From the NCBI GenBank assembly GCA_964592255.1, contig CAZQCI010000001.1, positions 15,885-79,884 on the forward strand: a DNA stretch of 64,000 nucleotides. Reading direction: 5' to 3'. Each line of letters begins with the position of its first letter. The stretch's first letter is position 1. This document shows positions 36,456 to 46,279 of the stretch, piece by piece. This DNA comes from an uncultured Nitrospiraceae bacterium. GTDB taxonomy: Bacteria > UBA10199 > SBBF01. The notes beneath the pieces were generated by a model, which made no database searches, was not told the DNA's origin, and saw only the letters and a program-made list of their open reading frames with translations. A program made the position numbers and the translations under genes.

Positions 36456-38525
36456 TTGAAAAATTTTATTCAACAATTGATTATTGTATTTTCTCTGTTG
36501 CTCCCTGCTCTTTCGGGTTTAGCAGCCTCTCAAGAGCCTCTTTCACGGAAAGTATTAGCGCTTTATGAATCCAGCGTTTATTCAGATCCAGCCTCTACAC
36601 TCATTCATCGGACGGCAGAACTCACATTAAACTATTTGGGCCTACAAGTGGAATACCGCCCCGTGGAAAGCCCCCTTCCTTCTGATGATGACATGCAGCC
36701 TTACATAGGCTTCATCACTTGGTTTACCAATGAAAATGCCGTCCCCCATCCGGATCTTTACTGTCAATGGATGCGCCATCAGATTCAAACAGGAAAAAAA
36801 ATAGTTCTCTTAGAAAACTGGGGATTGTTTCAAGACAAAAAACGTCATCTCAGCCCCATATGTGAAGACACTTTTAAAAAATTGGGAATAGAATACAAAG
36901 GGGAATACGCCGACAACCCCTACTTTTTAGAAGTAGCGGAACAAAAAACAGAATGGGTAGAATTTGAACGAAAAATTAATTTTACCGAAAACCTCACTTA
37001 CAGTTGGTTTAAAGCCATTGATCCCCAAAGTACCGTCTACCTTAAAGTTCGTAGAACGGACATGGTGAATAGTGAATCAGACATGGTTGTCACCACCCCT
37101 CAAGGTGGCTTTGTAGCACCAACCTGGCTCATCTATAACGACACAGAAACGAATCATATTCAATGGCGTGTTAATCCTTTTTTATTTTTTGAAAAAGCGT
37201 TTGACGTACCAGACTGGCCGCGCCCCGATACAACAACTTTAAATGGAAACCGAATTTTTTATAGCCACATTGATGGTGATGGCATTTTTAATATTTCTAA
37301 AATTGATCAAAAATCATTTTCTGGAGAAGTGATCTTAAATGAAATTTTAAAGCAATACCCCTCACTCCCTATCACACTCGGCCTCATCACAGGCTACATG
37401 GACTTGAAGGAATTCAACAATCCACGCACTCAAAAGCTGTACCGCGAGATGATAGAATTGCCGCAAGTAGAAATTGCCTCGCATGGCTATGCCCATCCTT
37501 TGGTTTGGAAAACAGGAGAACTGTCTTTAAAAATTCCAGATTACAACATGAATGCCGAAAAAGAAATCAACGGATCTATTCAGCAACTCAACCAAATGAT
37601 TGAGTCTTTAGGAATCACGTATAAAAAAACCTCTCTCTTTCAATGGACAGGAGACTGCACCCCTTCCGCCATACAAATTAAAATGGCAGAACAAACGGGG
37701 TTACCTAATCTTAATGGAGGTGGTGGGCGCCAAGATGACAATTTCTATGGTTTAGCGGCCCTCTACCCCATCGGCATTACAAAAGAAGGCGCCCATCAAA
37801 TTTATGCCGGGGCTTTTAACGAAAATAATTTCACCAATCTGTGGAGCGGCCCTTATTATGGGTTTGCCCACTTACTCTCCACATTGGACAAAACCGAAAA
37901 CCCTCTACGCCTTAAAGCCGTAGATGTTTATTATCATTTTTACAGTGGGGAACGTTGGGCTTCACTAAAAGCTGTGAAAAAAATTTATGATTCCTTTTTA
38001 AACAAAAATATCTTCCCCATTCATGCCAGCCAATACGCCAGAATTGCTGAAGGATTTTACACAACTGAAATTAAGCGCATTGCCAGTGGTCATTTTGTCG
38101 TTAGTAAAAATGGAGTCTTACAAACCATTCGTTTTGACCATGAAAAAAGAAATCTAGACCTCTCTCAATCGACAGGTGTTCTAGGTTTTATTCACGATAA
38201 AAATGCCCTGTATGTTTCATTAGATGAATCGGAAAACCACGTCATTCAACTATCAGAGGCTCAGCCCTCTTCTCCTTACTTAATTCAATCTACTTTTCAG
38301 GTTTCGCAACTAACAAAAAAAGTGGAGGGCTTTTCGTTTCAAAAACAAGGATGGTTAAAAAGTCATTGCCTTTGGGGAGGGCTAAGACCCAACCACAGTT
38401 ACCGAGTCATAACACAAGATGAAACTCAACGATTAACAACTTCTTCAACAGGGGAATTGAAAATAGACTTTCAAAAAAGTGAAAATGGATTAACCCCCGT
38501 CTTAGTAAGGGTTGAAGCAGAATAA
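36456..38525 (+). CDS. Periplasmic polysaccharide deacetylase (CE4/NodB-homology) multidomain protein, equivalent to the C-terminal two-thirds of PelA
   Basis: Signal peptide MKNFIQQLIIVFSLLLPALSGLAA. CE4 motifs FYSHIDGDG (MT1-like) and EIASHGYAHP (HxxxHP, MT2). 689 aa. Overlaps the PelB-like gene. Confidence 0.6.
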   Translation: MKNFIQQLIIVFSLLLPALSGLAASQEPLSRKVLALYESSVYSDPASTLIHRTAELTLNYLGLQVEYRPVESPLPSDDDMQPYIGFITWFTNENAVPHPDLYCQWMRHQIQTGKKIVLLENWGLFQDKKRHLSPICEDTFKKLGIEYKGEYADNPYFLEVAEQKTEWVEFERKINFTENLTYSWFKAIDPQSTVYLKVRRTDMVNSESDMVVTTPQGGFVAPTWLIYNDTETNHIQWRVNPFLFFEKAFDVPDWPRPDTTTLNGNRIFYSHIDGDGIFNISKIDQKSFSGEVILNEILKQYPSLPITLGLITGYMDLKEFNNPRTQKLYREMIELPQVEIASHGYAHPLVWKTGELSLKIPDYNMNAEKEINGSIQQLNQMIESLGITYKKTSLFQWTGDCTPSAIQIKMAEQTGLPNLNGGGGRQDDNFYGLAALYPIGITKEGAHQIYAGAFNENNFTNLWSGPYYGFAHLLSTLDKTENPLRLKAVDVYYHFYSGERWASLKAVKKIYDSFLNKNIFPIHASQYARIAEGFYTTEIKRIASGHFVVSKNGVLQTIRFDHEKRNLDLSQSTGVLGFIHDKNALYVSLDESENHVIQLSEAQPSSPYLIQSTFQVSQLTKKVEGFSFQKQGWLKSHCLWGGLRPNHSYRVITQDETQRLTTSSTGELKIDFQKSENGLTPVLVRVEAE

Positions 38526-41499
38526 AATGAATTACTCACGGACTCAAATTATTATCTTCTTTATCGCCATTGTGGTTCTAGGATGGCTTTTATACCCGCG
38601 TACGCTTTTTCTTGGATTTATTTATGAAGGCTCAGCTTCATTAGAAAAATCAGAAAATTATTATCAACAGTATTTGGCTAAAAAACCTTTCAACCGCTTT
38701 GCCACATTACGTTTGGTCGATATCTACGAACGTATGGGGGAACCTGAAAAAGCCACTCCTCTCTATACCAATCTCTATTCCCATCGCCTTCACGATTGGG
38801 ATTTGGCTCAAAAATATTTAAAGCATTTAGAAAACAAAGGCGACTTTGAAGCCGCCTATAAACTAAGACAAGAAATAGCCCATAACTTTTTTGACGAAAA
38901 AAATATCCCACGAGAAAAAATTCAAGATCTGCTGACGCAAGCATTTAAATATGCTCAATGGAAACAAAAAACGGAAGAGGCTTATCAGCTCTTACAAAAA
39001 ATAGCGGATATTTCAAAAAATCCAGACGCCACTCTTCAAACCCTACATTGGCTCGATTTAGGCCTGAAACATACCGATAAAATCATCGCACGGCTCAAAA
39101 AACAATTGGCTGAAAACCCACATGATAAAAATAGTCGCCGTGAACTTATTTCTGTCCAAATGGCATCTAAAAACTTTGAAGAAGCTTACCAAACTATTGA
39201 CGAGGGATTAACGCAAGATCCGCGTGACACGACTTTACTCAAACAACGTATTCAACTTGATGCAATAACTGGAAAATCGGAAATAGAAATCAAAGATACG
39301 CTCAAAATACTCAATCTGGCGACATTATCTTCAGAGGAGACAATCTATTTCAAGCTACACTTAGTATTTTTGTATCAAAAAATAGGACGTCTGGAAGAAG
39401 CGCTCCCTCTTTTTGAAGAACTCACAAAGACCAACCCTAAAAATAAGGACATTTGGAAAAACTGGGCTTTTGTCTTAACACAGGATCAAAAAATAGATGC
39501 GGCTCTCAAGGTATTGGAAAAAAGTCGGTTTTATTTTCCTGATGATCTGGACTTAGAAGAACAACAAGTCTCTCTTCTTCTCTACCAGAAAAAAGACACC
39601 TCTTCCGTTGCTTTGTATGACGATTTTCTAAAGAAAAAACCCAAACCTTCTTTTGCCTTAGACGTGGCCTATCTTCTACTGGATCAAAAAGAAAAAAACA
39701 AAGCCCAAAACTGGTTAAACCGTGCATTAAAACTATTCCCCGAAAATGATAAACTCATCTTTTTGCTAGCGGATGTGAATGTTGAATTAGGTTTGCTTGA
39801 AGATGCTGATTTTTTGCTCACTTCTTATCTAAAAAAACACCCAAACAATTCTACAGCTCATTTAAAAACCGCTCATTTAGCAGCTATACGCTTTCAATTT
39901 GCCGCGTTAGAGCAACATTTACAGCAATACTTAAGCCTTGAAAAAAATAAGTTCCAATCTCTCATCGCAGCCGGACAAGAATATTTGTTCGCAGGCCTTA
40001 ATTCACAAGCGCAAAACTATTTCCAAAAAGCCCGTGACCAAAACCCGAAAGACCCGACTCCCTGGTTTTGGCTATCTGCAGCTTATTGGAGTCAAAACTC
40101 AAAAAAGTCCTCACAACAATCAGCCCATCAGGCAAGTCTCCTTTTCTCTAAAAAGAAAAGTAATACTACTTGGGAACGATTAAGCCTTAAAGCTCAAGCA
40201 ATGGCTCGTTTTGATGAAGACATACGCCAAAAATATAAAAAAGCCTTGGAGCGCCATCCAAAAGATTTTGATTTTTACGCTGACTTTGCGGACGTGCTTC
40301 TTATGGAACAAGAAAACACCTTGGCTGCCGAAATTATTAAAACAATCGAGCAAAAATTTTCACAAAGACCAGAGGATGTCATTTCTCTTAAAGTGCGTTT
40401 AGCTCAACAGCAACACGATTGGAAAGAAGTGATTGATTTACTTAATAATCACCCAAAACCTTATTTAAGAGACACAAAAACTTTGGCGGAAGCTTACGCC
40501 GCCAATGGGCAATGGAAAAAAGCCATGGACTATTATCAGCAATTATCCTCATCCTCCGATGAGGAAGCTCAGAAAAAACTAGGTTTAACCGAGGAAGCAG
40601 CCAAACTCCATGCCGAATATGATCATCGCATTGGTCAAAACTTTCATTATCTGGATTTAGGAAACGATACCATCATTGAAGAGGGAATTTTCACTAAACA
40701 TTACTTAAATGAATCACTCAAGATAACGGGTGAATTTGTCTGGGGGCACTATCAATCCCCCGGAATTGATTTTGAGGGAAACGCAGAATATGGTAGGATC
40801 CTTCTTTCAAAACAATGGGGGCCCCAATGGCAACTTGAAGGAGGTCTGGGGTTTGGGGTGAGTGAGCAACATGAAACAGTGTCACCTTTATTAGGAATAC
40901 GCTACAAACCTTGGGAGAAACTTTTATTGGAAATGCAAGGAAGTCTTCGGGAATTAAGAACGGATCTTCCCCAATCGGTAGCCCGGGGCGCACTAAAAAG
41001 CCAAGTGTCTTTTCAGTGGAATTGGCAAGCTACTTCCCGTTTTAATTTTTCCGGCACTTATCGTCTGGGAAAAAATAGCTTAAGCGGAGGAGAAAAAGCT
41101 TGGGAACAAAGTTTTGAACCGTCGCTTTCGTTTCTATTGCTGCGCCAACCCGATGTATTTATAGGCTACCAGTTCAGCCTGGTTCATGTAGATGACAATG
41201 ACGGTTTTTTAAGAAAACTCCCCTTGCTACCCGATGTGAGGGCGCATTATTTAACAGCTGGGTTTAATCATCCCATCACCCCAACCTTTAAGGTGGCAAG
41301 TGGCTTTTTTCTGGGTGAAGACACGGCAAGAAACCTTCATTTTTTTGAAGGCGATTTATGGGGGGCCAATGCCTCCTTTGTGTGGAACCTCACCTCATGG
41401 TTAGATATGACAGGTTTTTATAGTTACGGCAGAGAAACTCTCACTGAAAGCGCCGGTCAGAGCCATAATCTCAACTTCGGCTTTTCAGGACATTGGTAA
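38512..41499 (+). CDS. pelB: PelB-like outer-membrane export protein: N-terminal TM anchor, long TPR array, C-terminal beta-barrel porin
   Basis: TM IIIFFIAIVVLGWLLYP. About 700 aa of TPR-like helical repeats. C-terminal region of alternating amphipathic beta strands ending …NLNFGFSGHW (aromatic terminus typical of OM barrels). Alternative start ATG 38527. Confidence 0.7.
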   Translation: MKQNKMNYSRTQIIIFFIAIVVLGWLLYPRTLFLGFIYEGSASLEKSENYYQQYLAKKPFNRFATLRLVDIYERMGEPEKATPLYTNLYSHRLHDWDLAQKYLKHLENKGDFEAAYKLRQEIAHNFFDEKNIPREKIQDLLTQAFKYAQWKQKTEEAYQLLQKIADISKNPDATLQTLHWLDLGLKHTDKIIARLKKQLAENPHDKNSRRELISVQMASKNFEEAYQTIDEGLTQDPRDTTLLKQRIQLDAITGKSEIEIKDTLKILNLATLSSEETIYFKLHLVFLYQKIGRLEEALPLFEELTKTNPKNKDIWKNWAFVLTQDQKIDAALKVLEKSRFYFPDDLDLEEQQVSLLLYQKKDTSSVALYDDFLKKKPKPSFALDVAYLLLDQKEKNKAQNWLNRALKLFPENDKLIFLLADVNVELGLLEDADFLLTSYLKKHPNNSTAHLKTAHLAAIRFQFAALEQHLQQYLSLEKNKFQSLIAAGQEYLFAGLNSQAQNYFQKARDQNPKDPTPWFWLSAAYWSQNSKKSSQQSAHQASLLFSKKKSNTTWERLSLKAQAMARFDEDIRQKYKKALERHPKDFDFYADFADVLLMEQENTLAAEIIKTIEQKFSQRPEDVISLKVRLAQQQHDWKEVIDLLNNHPKPYLRDTKTLAEAYAANGQWKKAMDYYQQLSSSSDEEAQKKLGLTEEAAKLHAEYDHRIGQNFHYLDLGNDTIIEEGIFTKHYLNESLKITGEFVWGHYQSPGIDFEGNAEYGRILLSKQWGPQWQLEGGLGFGVSEQHETVSPLLGIRYKPWEKLLLEMQGSLRELRTDLPQSVARGALKSQVSFQWNWQATSRFNFSGTYRLGKNSLSGGEKAWEQSFEPSLSFLLLRQPDVFIGYQFSLVHVDDNDGFLRKLPLLPDVRAHYLTAGFNHPITPTFKVASGFFLGEDTARNLHFFEGDLWGANASFVWNLTSWLDMTGFYSYGRETLTESAGQSHNLNFGFSGHW

Positions 41500-41503
41500 A
41501 GAT

Positions 41504-41869
41504 ATGGGAAAAAAAATATTGTTAATCGACGATGAAGTAGATTTTACTGAAGTGGTGGGCACCTTGCTGCGTTTTCATGATTTCGACGTAGACACTATCA
41601 ATGAGCCTCTTCTAGCTCCTGAAGCTATTAATAAAAATAATTATGATCTCATTGTTAGCGATTTGATGATGCCCGATATCAACGGCTTTGAATTGGTCGA
41701 GAAGATTAGGACCATGCCGCGCTACAAAGACACCCCAATCATTACCTTGTCGGCAAAACTCCTTAACGATGAAGAAAGAAAACAATTGCTCCATCATGGT
41801 GTTCATTGTTTATCTAAACCATTCGAGCCCAGTGGATTGGTAGATCAAATTTGTCAATTACTTGGCTAA
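41504..41869 (+). CDS. Second stand-alone CheY-like receiver domain, between the pelB- and pelD-like genes
   Basis: LLIDDE acidic pocket. D in DLIVSDLMMP. S in ITLSAK. K in LSKPF. 121 aa, no output domain. The start lies 4 nt after the pelB stop. Confidence 0.8.
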   Translation: MGKKILLIDDEVDFTEVVGTLLRFHDFDVDTINEPLLAPEAINKNNYDLIVSDLMMPDINGFELVEKIRTMPRYKDTPIITLSAKLLNDEERKQLLHHGVHCLSKPFEPSGLVDQICQLLG

Positions 41870-41905
41870 AGACCGTCTCTTCTTTTGTCATAAAAAGACA
41901 AAAGA

Positions 41906-43294
41906 ATGAGTAGGGAGAAAATTTCGGATTTGAAACGATACTCTTATTTGTACGAAATTCCTCTTTTTTACTTGGTTTTATGTGGAATCAATTTCTACCT
42001 GGTGCCGGAATATCCTTCTTTTTTTGGCATTGATCCCCATCCTTATTGGTTAGGCATTGTATTATTTGCCTTCCGGTATGGATTAGTCCCCTCACTCATC
42101 TCAGGCGTGTTATCAGCCCTATTATTTTTATTCGGAATATTCTTATTTGGAGAACGCTATCTTTTTGAAGACGCCGTTTTCTTCCTTCTACCCTCTTTCT
42201 TCATCATTGTTTCAACTTGCCTAGGTTTCTTAACACGCCAAACACATAAAAAAATAATCCAATTCCAAGACGCCGAAATAAGCGCCAGTCAAAAGGAAAA
42301 ACATTTAAACGAAGAAATAAAAACCCTAACCGAAATTAATAATAACCTTGAAAAAAGAATAGTCACTCGTATGTCAACCTTGGTGACTTTATATGAAGGA
42401 GCCAGGAGGCTTGAAACTCACGATATCGAAGAGCTTTACAAATCAGGCTTGGACTTTATCACTAAAACATTAGGAGCCGATGAAGCAGCCATTTATCTTA
42501 AACAAAACAATGAATGGCATTTAAAAGAAAGCATTGGCTGGAAAGAGTACGAAAAGCATCCAAAAATATTAAAATGGTCCGAGGGCCTAACCGGACTTGC
42601 AGGATCTACGAATAAGATTGTCAGCATTCGTGATTTTATGGGTCACAGCCCTAAAGAACTCCCTAATATATTTAGCGACGCACTAGTAGCCGCTCCTTTA
42701 CGCTTAGGGGAGCATGGCAAAGTCATCGGTGTAATTGCCATTCAACGAATGCCTTTTTTAAGTTTCACTAGCTCTTCAGTCAACCTCTTCTCTTTTCTCA
42801 TGAACTGGATTTCACGTTCCGTAGGAGAAGCTTCGTATATTCAAGAGTTAAAAGAACAAGAAATTATCGATCCAGAACTTCAGGTATATTCTCATTCTTA
42901 TTTTTTATCTCGTGCACGGCAAGAATTCTTACGATCAAAAAACTATTATTTACCTCTTGGGCTTGGAGTTGTCTCCTTCGATCAAACCACTCCTTTATCT
43001 GCCAAAGAAAATAAACGCCTTCTCTTAGCCATAGCCCAGCTCCTTAAACAAAACATACGTGAAATGGATGTGGTTGCACGCTTTCCTTCTTCAGAACACC
43101 CTTTTTCTATTCTCTTCATCACAGCTAGCCCTAAACAAACCGAAGAGATGACTGAAAAAATAACGCATGCTTACCAGGAATTAAAATTAGTCGATGCTAA
43201 AGGTAAGCCCCTGCCTCTTATTAAAATTAAATTGTCTCATTTTTCCCCACAAGTGGCCGATATCGATCAAATGCTTCGAGAGGCTCTCATATGA
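41906..43294 (+). CDS. pelD: PelD-like inner-membrane c-di-GMP receptor (4 TM + GAF + degenerate GGDEF)
   Basis: Four N-terminal TM helices. GAF-like region (LGADEAAIYLKQNNEWHL…VIGVIAIQRMPF). C-terminal degenerate cyclase-like domain. An RxxD (REMD) lies five residues upstream of where a degenerate GG(D/E)EF would sit (ARFPS…). ATGA overlap with the next gene. Confidence 0.6.
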   Translation: MSREKISDLKRYSYLYEIPLFYLVLCGINFYLVPEYPSFFGIDPHPYWLGIVLFAFRYGLVPSLISGVLSALLFLFGIFLFGERYLFEDAVFFLLPSFFIIVSTCLGFLTRQTHKKIIQFQDAEISASQKEKHLNEEIKTLTEINNNLEKRIVTRMSTLVTLYEGARRLETHDIEELYKSGLDFITKTLGADEAAIYLKQNNEWHLKESIGWKEYEKHPKILKWSEGLTGLAGSTNKIVSIRDFMGHSPKELPNIFSDALVAAPLRLGEHGKVIGVIAIQRMPFLSFTSSSVNLFSFLMNWISRSVGEASYIQELKEQEIIDPELQVYSHSYFLSRARQEFLRSKNYYLPLGLGVVSFDQTTPLSAKENKRLLLAIAQLLKQNIREMDVVARFPSSEHPFSILFITASPKQTEEMTEKITHAYQELKLVDAKGKPLPLIKIKLSHFSPQVADIDQMLREALI

Positions 43295-44328
43295 TGCATG
43301 CACGATTCATGTTTTTTTGGGGTTTAAGTGGTCTCTGTGAGTTTCCGTTTCTCCAAACTCTATTAGGTTTTCCTTATTTTTTTAAAGGGCACACTCCCTT
43401 TGTGGTCTTACTGCATGTGACGGGATCCGTATTGCTCTTTTTTTGTGTCCCCAAAGGAGAAGGCTGGTTTCATCCGGCACGCATGGGCGCAAAAACCTTT
43501 TTCTACATGGGGCTTTTTTTGCCGTTTGTAGGATGGATCATTTCCGGAATCTTATACATTCATTTCATCAAAGAAAAAGACAAACCCTATACTATAAACC
43601 AGGAAGATGATGATAATTTTTTCATGGACTCATTTCCTTCTTTATCCCTTTCTATTCAGCTTCCACGGCGAAATCGTCTTCAAAAACAATTGGATTTTAT
43701 TCCTTTAGTAGACATCATCCGAGGACCGGAAGAGATAGAGCTTAAACGTGGAGCTATCGAAAAACTTGCTCAAATTAATACCCCAGAAACAATCGACCTA
43801 CTTTTCTCTCTACGTAGCGATCCAGTCATGGAAGTGCGTTTCTATGCTACGTCTGCTTTGGGAAAAATCAAAAAAGAATTTGATGAACGTCTTGATGCTG
43901 CCAAAGAAGAAATAAAAAAAACAAGCCCCAGCAGTAAGGCACGACTCAACTTAGCTCAGGCTTACTTAGAATATGCCCAATCTCATCTTTTGGATAAAGT
44001 AACAACTTCCGCCTACGAAACAGAAGCTCTGTTTCACTTGCAGGAAGAGCTCAACAACCCCTTCCCTTCCCTACAAGCCTTTTGGATGCTCATTGATTTA
44101 TACAAAAATCATCGTCGATGGGAGCAAGCATTAGATTTACTAGAAAAATTGGAGCACCACCCGGAAACAGAAATTATTTTAGTTTTAAAAAGTAAAATTG
44201 AAATTATTTATTTGATGCAACGCTATCAAGAAATACCGGTTTTATTAGAAAAACTGACTCAAAAAAATAAATTACCAGACGAATGGACCGCTCTAGCACA
44301 ATGGTGGGGGGCCCATGTTGAACATTAA
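43291..44328 (+). CDS. pelE: PelE-like inner-membrane protein (N-terminal TM helices plus HEAT/TPR-like helical repeats)
   Basis: Hydrophobic N-terminal 100 aa. Helical repeats follow (PETIDLLFSLRSDPVMEVRFYATSALGKI; LNLAQAYLEYAQSH). Position between pelD and pelF. 345 aa. Confidence 0.5.
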   Translation: MMHARFMFFWGLSGLCEFPFLQTLLGFPYFFKGHTPFVVLLHVTGSVLLFFCVPKGEGWFHPARMGAKTFFYMGLFLPFVGWIISGILYIHFIKEKDKPYTINQEDDDNFFMDSFPSLSLSIQLPRRNRLQKQLDFIPLVDIIRGPEEIELKRGAIEKLAQINTPETIDLLFSLRSDPVMEVRFYATSALGKIKKEFDERLDAAKEEIKKTSPSSKARLNLAQAYLEYAQSHLLDKVTTSAYETEALFHLQEELNNPFPSLQAFWMLIDLYKNHRRWEQALDLLEKLEHHPETEIILVLKSKIEIIYLMQRYQEIPVLLEKLTQKNKLPDEWTALAQWWGAHVEH

Positions 44329-46279
44329 AAAAATTAAAGAACTCATTCATGGACCCAGTGAAGACGGTCGATTTGAAGCCTTTTTAGAGCTCTTTGAATC
44401 GGAAGATCCCAAAGCTTTGGAGGAAATACATCATATACTCACATCTCCCGACCCAGTGATTAAAATTAAATTCTTGCGCTTCTTATCACACGCAGAATCA
44501 GAAAAATCTTTGCCATTAATTGTTACATGCTTAAAAGATAAAAATCCCATCGTCATCAACGTGGCTCGAAAGGTTTTTGAAAAAAATACTTTTCCTTTAA
44601 AGTTTCGAAGCCTTCTTCCATTTCTCAACGCCCCTCACGATGATTTATTTACTTATGCGGTAAAAGCGTTAGCTCAGGCGGGTATCACCGAAATTATTGA
44701 ACCTTTATTTGAACAGCTAAAAAGAGTGGGGGAAGAAAGGCAGCTGATTATTTTATCGGTTTTACGTTGGCTTCCCGAAGAAAGAATGATTCCTGTTCTC
44801 CTGTCTTATCTTAAATCAAAAAATGACAATATCCGCTATAAAACTTTAATGGTCTTTGGAAGTCTATTGAGTGCAGGCCATAGTTCGGCACGCAAACATC
44901 TACTTCCCTCTCTCAAGGATAACAATGCCTCAATTCGGCAAGCTGTTTTATGGTGTTTAAAAAGAGCCCCTTCAAAAAAAGATTATTCAATTTTTTTAAA
45001 TTACTCACAAAAAGATCCAGATCCTTTAGTCAGACAAGAAGCTCTAATAGGGCTGAGTACTTTTCCCCCACGAAAAATTATTTTGCCTATTCTTTCTCTC
45101 ATGGCGACTGAAAAATCACGCATGGTTTTATTGAAAGGAGAAGGACTTCTTTTGGGAATAAACATTCAAGATCTGGAATCCGAGTTAAGTAAAGCGCTTC
45201 AATCCAAAAATACCAAAATTAGAGAAAGAGCCCAACTGTTAATGTCGGAATTAGGACGCAATTCGGAAAGTTTTTGTAAAAAATTACTCGAAAAAGCCAT
45301 GCGGATCAAATCACCTAAAGAAAGACTCACTTTAATTGAAGCACTAGGCAATACACAAAGTCACAATGCCATTGCCTGGCTGGAAACCCTGCTCAACACA
45401 GATCCCTTAACATCCTATGCAGCTATTTCGGCCTTGTTAAAAATTTGGGGCGAAAACCCACAACAACCCATTCTTAAATATTTACAACATCAAAAATCAG
45501 CCATTACCCGCCAAAACGTACTCAAGCATCTGGTTAAAAAAAATATCCCTTTGAAAAGCAATACTGATTTAGAAAAATATCTGATGGGTCTTTTAGAAGA
45601 CGCCAATTTAAATATTCGATATCTAGCAACTCAAGCCTTGCTCAAGATCAACAGCTCAATGCTGCTACACCCCTTAATGAAAACATTACTTAACGAGTCT
45701 GACCCCACAACTTTTCAACTTTTGCGACAAAGTATTTTATCTTTACTAGCAAAAAACCCCCAATTAATCGGTCCAATGTTAAAATTGTATTATCAAGACA
45801 GTAAGGCTCTTCATACTTTAATCAACCTGATGAGTGAAATCGACTTGGAAGGATCTCATTCTTTAGAACTATTAATCATTCTCTTATCCCCACCTTTCAT
45901 GCTGGATAACTCGCCTTTGCTTCAAGAAGCGGTCCGTTTCATCCTCATCCAATATCTTCAAGATAAAATTCGCTTAGAAGATGTGGTTGAAAGCGTATCT
46001 ACTATTCCACAACGGGATTTGATTTTTGATTGTTTATATACTCAACTAGAAAATCAATCTAGCTCTATGCGCCCTATTTTTTCTAAATCTAAAATTGAAA
46101 CCTGGCTTCATAACGACTGCCTGCTCTCCCCTTCCTTATTACGGCTACTCGCTTTAAGTCAGGATGAAAAATTAATCGCTGTATTAGTTCAATTCACATC
46201 ACAAAAACCTTTAGCACCATACAAAGCAGAATTGATCCATACTCTTAATCGGATGATTTGGCAGGAGGCCTGCTCATGA
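44315..46279 (+). CDS. Large HEAT-repeat (PBS-lyase-type HEAT-like) protein embedded in the Pel-like operon
   Basis: 654 aa. More than 10 repeats of about 30 aa with the pattern D/NPxVRxxAxxALxxIG (e.g. DPVIKIKFLRFLS, NASIRQAVLWCLKRAP, DPLVRQEALIGLS, NLNIRYLATQALLKI). No TM or signal. Overlaps both neighbours (14 and 22 nt). Confidence 0.6.
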   Translation: MLNIKKIKELIHGPSEDGRFEAFLELFESEDPKALEEIHHILTSPDPVIKIKFLRFLSHAESEKSLPLIVTCLKDKNPIVINVARKVFEKNTFPLKFRSLLPFLNAPHDDLFTYAVKALAQAGITEIIEPLFEQLKRVGEERQLIILSVLRWLPEERMIPVLLSYLKSKNDNIRYKTLMVFGSLLSAGHSSARKHLLPSLKDNNASIRQAVLWCLKRAPSKKDYSIFLNYSQKDPDPLVRQEALIGLSTFPPRKIILPILSLMATEKSRMVLLKGEGLLLGINIQDLESELSKALQSKNTKIRERAQLLMSELGRNSESFCKKLLEKAMRIKSPKERLTLIEALGNTQSHNAIAWLETLLNTDPLTSYAAISALLKIWGENPQQPILKYLQHQKSAITRQNVLKHLVKKNIPLKSNTDLEKYLMGLLEDANLNIRYLATQALLKINSSMLLHPLMKTLLNESDPTTFQLLRQSILSLLAKNPQLIGPMLKLYYQDSKALHTLINLMSEIDLEGSHSLELLIILLSPPFMLDNSPLLQEAVRFILIQYLQDKIRLEDVVESVSTIPQRDLIFDCLYTQLENQSSSMRPIFSKSKIETWLHNDCLLSPSLLRLLALSQDEKLIAVLVQFTSQKPLAPYKAELIHTLNRMIWQEACS

